From: Octopus vulgaris
Lineage: Eukaryota
DNA: 64,000 nt
Assembly (NCBI GenBank): GCA_951406725.2
Contig: OX597825.1
Coordinates: 4,340,001-4,404,000, forward strand
Direction: 5' to 3'
Position 1 is the first letter of the stretch, and every line of letters begins with the position of its first letter. Below are positions 58,060 to 64,000 of the stretch, one piece after another. The notes beneath the pieces are model-generated. The model was not told where the DNA came from. It saw only the letters and a list, made by a program, of their open reading frames with translations, and did not search any database. The position numbers and the translations under genes were made by a program.

Positions 58060-58790
58060 TACAATGCTGCATACTATTTGAGGGCTTCAATTGCTAAACC
58101 CCTTCTGTCCAACATAAACATTCATAGGAGGAAAAGAATGGCCTCTAGACTATCAAAGATAATGAAATAATATCATCTCTCAGGAAGCAGCATTGTCCCA
58201 ATTTCGTAAACCAGGGCAAATTTATACCCGGAGACAGCCCAACGAAGTCTACAACCCTAACCCTGAATATTAAGTCCTTTGCTGTGATGTATAGAGGTAG
58301 CTCTGTGATAATTTGGGAAGTCATATCACGAAATGTTTTTGGCCATTTAGGTATTGTATATGGTAGAGTTAACGATAATGATTATTTGAGTATTCCGAAT
58401 GATCATACTCTTTCCATGGTTCAAACGCAGTTTTCTGTAGAATGGCAATACAATCTTCGAGGAGAGTAGTGTATACATTCACACGGTAAATGTTGTTCAC
58501 AGCAGGTACAAGAACACAAAATATGACGGAGACCACTTGGATTGCAACACACAGACACAGTCACACATCCACCGGTTCTCTTTATAATTGAAAATAAATA
58601 GAGCATTTCGAAACAGTGAGCCGTCAATTCCTTCTGATCTCGCTAATGAAAGAGCTATTTGAAATTTTACTTAATCAGTGACTGAGCACATGTAAAATTT
58701 TGCCGCAACAGAATTTGAAAACTCATTATGAGGCACCACGACTAGAGACACCCAAGCCATTGTGTGCAGGGCTCAAAAAGATCCACAATT
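58060..58790 (+). mobile_element. Highly degenerate Tc1-like transposase
   Basis: AKPLLSNINIHRR and VMYRGSSVIIWEVISRNVFGHLGIVYGRVNDNDYLSIPNDHTLS resemble the Tc1 KPLL and KHGGGSVMVWG motifs. Confidence 0.7.
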
Positions 58791-60159
58791 GCATTTCTGA
58801 ATGCAAGGCATTTTATTATAAATAAAACGATGCTTACTAACTTCGCATCGTATTTTATTTCGAACATATATGCATTTTATTAAGATACTTATGAACAAGG
58901 CGTGTATAGGATAGAGAAAAATCTATATAGCAAACTATTACGTTAAGCGAAGTTAGTTTATTATGAAAACAAGTTTCTAAGGAAAAGCATGTTGAAAACA
59001 TTATTATCTAATGCATATTATTTTTGGTTTATTATCTTATTGACCACAGGTAAATAAAAACAGCAATTGTTGCAAAATGTTCCAAGCTGAGGAAATGATG
59101 CTAATAATGCCAAAGAACCCTACCCAGCATCGTAATTATATTGTGTTTCTTAAATACACTCTCGCACACATATATTCGCTCTCTACCTTTCACGCCTTCA
59201 CACCTTGTAGCTATCTTTGTATACTTCTCTCGGTCTGTCTATTTTCCTCTTTCTTTTCCGCTTGTCAGCATTTATTATTTGCTGTATACACGAAAATATT
59301 GAGGTAACACAAATAATAATGCGCTGGGAAAATTCGCTACAAAACTGCTTTGTTATCTACTTTATGTGTTCAAATTCCTAAGTTTCCCCATTTATATTTC
59401 ACCATTTAGCTCCTCTCAAACACAACCCGATGTGACATCATGCATTATGGTCATGAGTTGAGAATTATCGACTTCAACCGAATACACATTCACGAAGAAT
59501 CATATATGTATTCCAAGAAATAAATATAATTGGCAACTAGTAATATTTATCTACTAAATATTAAAATTAGTAACATACGAAAATTGCTGTTGCATAGAAT
59601 ATAATAATAATGCGTACTCTTGTAAACGATCGTAAGAACAATTAAAATTTATTATGAAATATATATTAATATAAGGTTATACACGTACAAATATACACAC
59701 GAACACACACTTATACACAGAAGATTATATGTTTAAACATCCGCACATATTAATGTATGCATGCATGGATTTATAACTTTGGAAATGAATGAGGTGGAGA
59801 TTTAAAGGTCTTTGGTATTATTTATTCACCATTACACATGACTCTTTTGCTAGTAAGATTTACAAAATTATACATGGAGTACAAAGCGTAACATATCTCC
59901 TATTAGAAATTCTTCAGACAGAATATCGAATAATAAAAAATCTACATTTGGATGAAGCGTTTATATATAGTTAGAAATCAGGGGCCCTTCATCTAGTCAC
60001 AAGGGACAAAGAAACAAATCTAGTAATTAAGAAAACGAAGAGAAGACTAGAAAATGAAGTAATAAACACACACCACATATAAGTATAAACACGTATGCAT
60101 ACTCACACAAGTATATATATATTATTTATATACGCACATATATATTAACATAAATATGT

Positions 60160-60194
<35 letters not shown>

Positions 60195-60245
60195 AACGAA
60201 GAGATGACAGCGGAAAAATCAAAAGTTATATTATGAAATTTATCA

Positions 60246-60313
60246 GCTTACAGCTGTTTCTGCTGAGTATGATAATTGTGTACCGGGATAAAATACTATA
60301 GCTTCATCAGAAC
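60246..60313 (-). ncRNA. Hammerhead-like motif with canonical core and long stem II
   Basis: Minus strand: GTT-CTGATGA-AGCTATAGTAT...ATACTCAGCA-GAAA-CAGCTG-TA-AGC, with palindromic ACAGCTGT stem III. Lies about 55 bp upstream of (TA)n on that strand. Confidence 0.6.
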
Positions 60314-60599
60314 ATTGACGGTGAGATATATATACTCATATATACTCATATAACATCATGTTCTGAAAATTATGAATATTGAGTTCTACACTAGGTCATT
60401 GACCTCGCCATGCAAAAGCGAAATATGTATATATTATGTAGATGTAATTGCATAGCAAGTGACATGATCTGAGATCGTGCGCTGAAACAAAAGCAATTGC
60501 AGCGTGGACGATGTTTGTAAGCTATTTAAGAACACTCCAAAATCGTTAGTTTCAAATCAACATTTGAATTTAATTTGTGTCAAAATATTTCCCTCTATC

Positions 60600-60780
60600 A
60601 TGGTCAATGCGACGGTCACATGCTACACACGTTCCTAAACAGCGAACGTGAGCTAAAACGTTAAAACTCATTGCGCATGCGACAACACATTTGGACGTCA
60701 AACTACATCACGTAGCTTTGTTCTGCGTGCTTTAGCAGCGTTACTGTTGCAAAAGTCGGTATCTTAATGATCAGACCACG
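60600..60780 (-). mobile_element. Mariner-like terminal fragment
   Basis: Reverse complement begins TA|CGTGGTCTGATCATTAAGATACCGAC, resembling mariner TIRs (compare 46057). Abuts (TA)n. Confidence 0.5.
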
Positions 60781-60813
60781 TATATATATATGTATATACA
60801 TACATATATACAC

Positions 60814-60897
<84 letters not shown>

Positions 60898-61100
60898 CAA
60901 TATAGCTACTTAGATAGATAGATATAGATATATGCACACATAGTTATGAAAACATATACACGAACACACAGGCATACATATATATATATATATATATATA
61001 TCTAAATATATATATATATACATACATATATTTACATATGTATATATACATACATACATATATGCATATATATATATGTATATATACATACATATATGTA

Positions 61101-61152
<52 letters not shown>

Positions 61153-61693
61153 GTGTGTATAGAAAGACAGAGCATGTGTGAAAAGAGAAAGGAATAAGTG
61201 TGCAACTAGCAGCCGTGACGTGTTGAAGAATGCTTCGGTGCGTTCCTAAATGCAATTAGCTATCATTTTCGCTATAAAGAGAGTACAAGTTTATTAAGAT
61301 AACCTAATTTAAAACTGTTTTATGGTCAATGGATGCGTAAAAGTCCACATTACTTTTATCAGCTCATTTGACAATACAATCGTCGAACCCATCTTTATCA
61401 CGTACATAACATCTAATTAATAATATTTTGTAAACACATAATATTATTATATATCTCAAGGTTTCTCAAGTGTTGCTCACATTTCGCTTTGCTCTTCTTC
61501 CCAACTATGATTTCCAAACACCTACACACACACATACCTCCACACACACACACGCACATACACAAACACACACGCACACACACACTCGTTCTCGCTCCTT
61601 CTCTTGTTCTCATTTAAATCCATTCTTCTCAGTCTTATTCATTGTGTACACAAACTCACACACTTACACACACAAACATGCACAAACACACAT

Positions 61694-61733
<40 letters not shown>

Positions 61734-61734
61734 G

Positions 61735-61885
61735 TTTCTTTATTACCCACAAGGAGCTAAACTTAGAGGACAGACAAACGGATTAAGTCGATTACATCGA
61801 CCCCAGTGCGTAACTGGTACTTAATTTATCGACCCCAATATGATGAAAGGCAAAGTCGACCCCGGCGGAATTTGAATTCAGAACG

Positions 61886-61888
<3 letters not shown>
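61735..61888 (-). mobile_element. SINE family A, 5'-truncated, between (TA)n tracts
   Basis: High similarity to 48263-48430. Confidence 0.88.
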
Positions 61889-61945
<57 letters not shown>

Positions 61946-62449
61946 GTATGTTTAAAATTCTAAATTCTAACGTCCTGCCACAGCATAAACACTACCCTGT
62001 CTTTAATAAATCTTCTGTAAAAGTCACCTATTCTACCACATCTAATTTGAAATTCATAGTTGCCCCATAACAGACGCCAACTACAACGCCAGTCTTTAAA
62101 ACCTGCAAAATAAAACTGCCCCTACTTTTATTTTTGCAAGGTAATAATGCAATCTTCAATAACACAATCGAGTAAGTAGTAAAAACATAAGGCGCCTTCC
62201 GACCTTCCTACCCATATGGCCGCATATATTAGTGTGATGTCCCCTCACAGTTCAATACTGATACAGATTAGACTTCCAATTCCTAATAAGCGATTTTAAG
62301 AAGTTGATCTCCGCAGCTGTAAACTGTAATTACAGAGCAGGTAGCAAAATTTGCAATTGTCGAGTATCTTAACTCTGTCCTTTTGGAGTGTGAAAATATG
62401 TAGTCTAGAAGTCCAGTGCTATAACACCCTGCTCCCAACAAGCAAGGGT

Positions 62450-63250
62450 CTGTATCGGCGCAATTGTTGATTTCAGTCACCACTATCGAGCACACATGAT
62501 CTGTTTCTGCAATCCAAATTCTAAATAATCTACCATCCTAGTAGCATACACAACCTCAAATTCTAAAATGTCTCCTACACTCTGAACCATCGTAATTAAG
62601 GTTCCCCCATACATCGCAAACATCGCAGAATGTAAATTATCTTGAAGGGAATCGCTAAACATCTTTCGCAACCAAGACTCCTCGATACTTAATAGATTCT
62701 CAATGTAATAGTGTTTCGTAAACACAGCTTCTACTCGTCATTTGCCCATTTTGTTAAATCCTTTACTATAATTATCCTTAATTACAATTAACCTCGAGGT
62801 ACGTAAACTTGCCCCCTCCAGTAACATCACCCTTCCTATTGCAAGTTAGCCACCACATCTCACCTCCCTCACGCCCTCTCCATCCTCACAAGTGTTTTTC
62901 TCTCATTTCTCCTCTTCAAACAAAAGCATTTAAACTTACCTCATTCAATTAGGTACTGACCTATCAACTTTCAATAAAACGTATTCTAATAATTCTAATA
63001 TTATATATAACAATATATATTCCAATAATTTTACAATTCAGATTCCAATAATTCTATAGCAATTATCACAAATTTTTTAAGTCTATGCACAAACCCAACA
63101 GAGCAGGCAATCTTTCAATTACATTCACCCTCCCCCTCCCATCCATCTGCCAACTCTCCACCTCCTCTGTCACCTCCCTTAATACACTCATCATTAACTC
63201 CATACATACATCTTTATAATTTCTTGAGGATTTCAACGACGTAGTGAATG
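62450..63250 (-). mobile_element. Decayed RTE-like LINE reverse transcriptase fragment
   Basis: MSVLREVTEEV..LPALL, GKFTYLEV (FxYLG motif) and MYGGTL..LEFEVVYATRM (like YGSETW..LExFEMxCLRR). Confidence 0.55.
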
Positions 63251-63299
63251 TACGTGCTATCAGCATGTCGCCATCTTGAATATATATCTATCTTTGTAG

Positions 63300-63347
<48 letters not shown>

Positions 63348-63364
63348 ATATATATATATATATA

Positions 63365-64000
63365 CAGTTGCGGCCAAAATGTTCAGAACGGAATTGTTTT
63401 CGTCAGAAAAGTAAGTATATGTTTTTATCAAAGTAGTTTTATATTCTATAATTTCCACAGACAATAAATACAATATTAATTGTTATTTTATTGCCTGAGA
63501 TGTTTATGTAATTTGAGAGGATAATACAAAAGTTATGGATGATTTAGTGATTTACTGCAAAACCCATGGTGGCCAAAATGATCAGAACGGTTGAAAAAAT
63601 AACAAAATAATCAAAATGACAGAGAATACTGGAATTATTTCATATTTAGTGTGAAGCTATTTAGCTTCAATCACACTCCGACATCTTCGACTGTATGAGG
63701 AAATTAAATTTTCAATTTCTTGCTGGGTGATCTTATTCCATTCTTCCTGAAGGGCATTCCATAATTGCTCAGTTGTTTTAGGATTTCTGGCTTTCGAACG
63801 TTCTCCTAGAATATTCCATACATTTTCAATAGGATTGAGATCTGGGCTTTGACCAGGCCAATCAATAACAATAACCTTTTCAGCCTTGAGGAAGTTCATG
63901 ACCACTTTAGCCTTGTGACATGGGGCATTGTTCTGCATGAATATGGGTGGTCGCTTAGCTGAATTTCTCAGCACAGGCAAGACATGATCTTTTACAAGTT
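63365..64000 (-). mobile_element. Tc1-like element 3' end with IR/DR-type terminus (continues beyond window)
   Basis: TA|CAGTTGCGGCCAAAATGTTCAGAACGG terminus. Inner direct repeat GGCCAAAATGATCAGAACGG at 63571-63590 is 19/20 identical to 63372-63391. Confidence 0.92.
63657..64000 (-). pseudogene. Tc1 DD34E transposase C-terminus, likely inactive
   Basis: LVKDHVLP..FMQNNAPCH..WPGQSPDLNPIENVW..RRCRSVIEAK*. The second catalytic D reads N, with 34 residues to E. A stop precedes LHTKY. Confidence 0.9.

Overview
AT-rich, microsatellite-saturated eukaryotic DNA. The SINE families and repeat density resemble a coleoid cephalopod, most likely Octopus (recognition from memory, not database-checked). 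I find no recognisable intact host protein-coding gene, rRNA, tRNA or CRISPR array. Most ORFs in the track are (TA)n/(CA)n/(GT)n artefacts. The window is mostly decayed transposons: at least three SINE families, four mariner remnants plus one lone mariner end, two Tc1, one DD37D/maT, one MULE, R4/Dong fragments in (TAA)n, an RTE-like RT, a Penelope/Neptune GIY-YIG 3' end and a TA-flanked MITE. The most notable unexplained signals are: (i) five minimal hammerhead-ribozyme-like motifs from four unrelated repeat families, four with non-canonical cores; (ii) a perfect 28-bp hairpin at 51525-51604 that covers a candidate splice donor; (iii) strong minus-strand splice signals suggesting a spliced, possibly non-coding transcript; (iv) a head-to-tail SINE array; (v) a compact five-hairpin cluster at 536-655.
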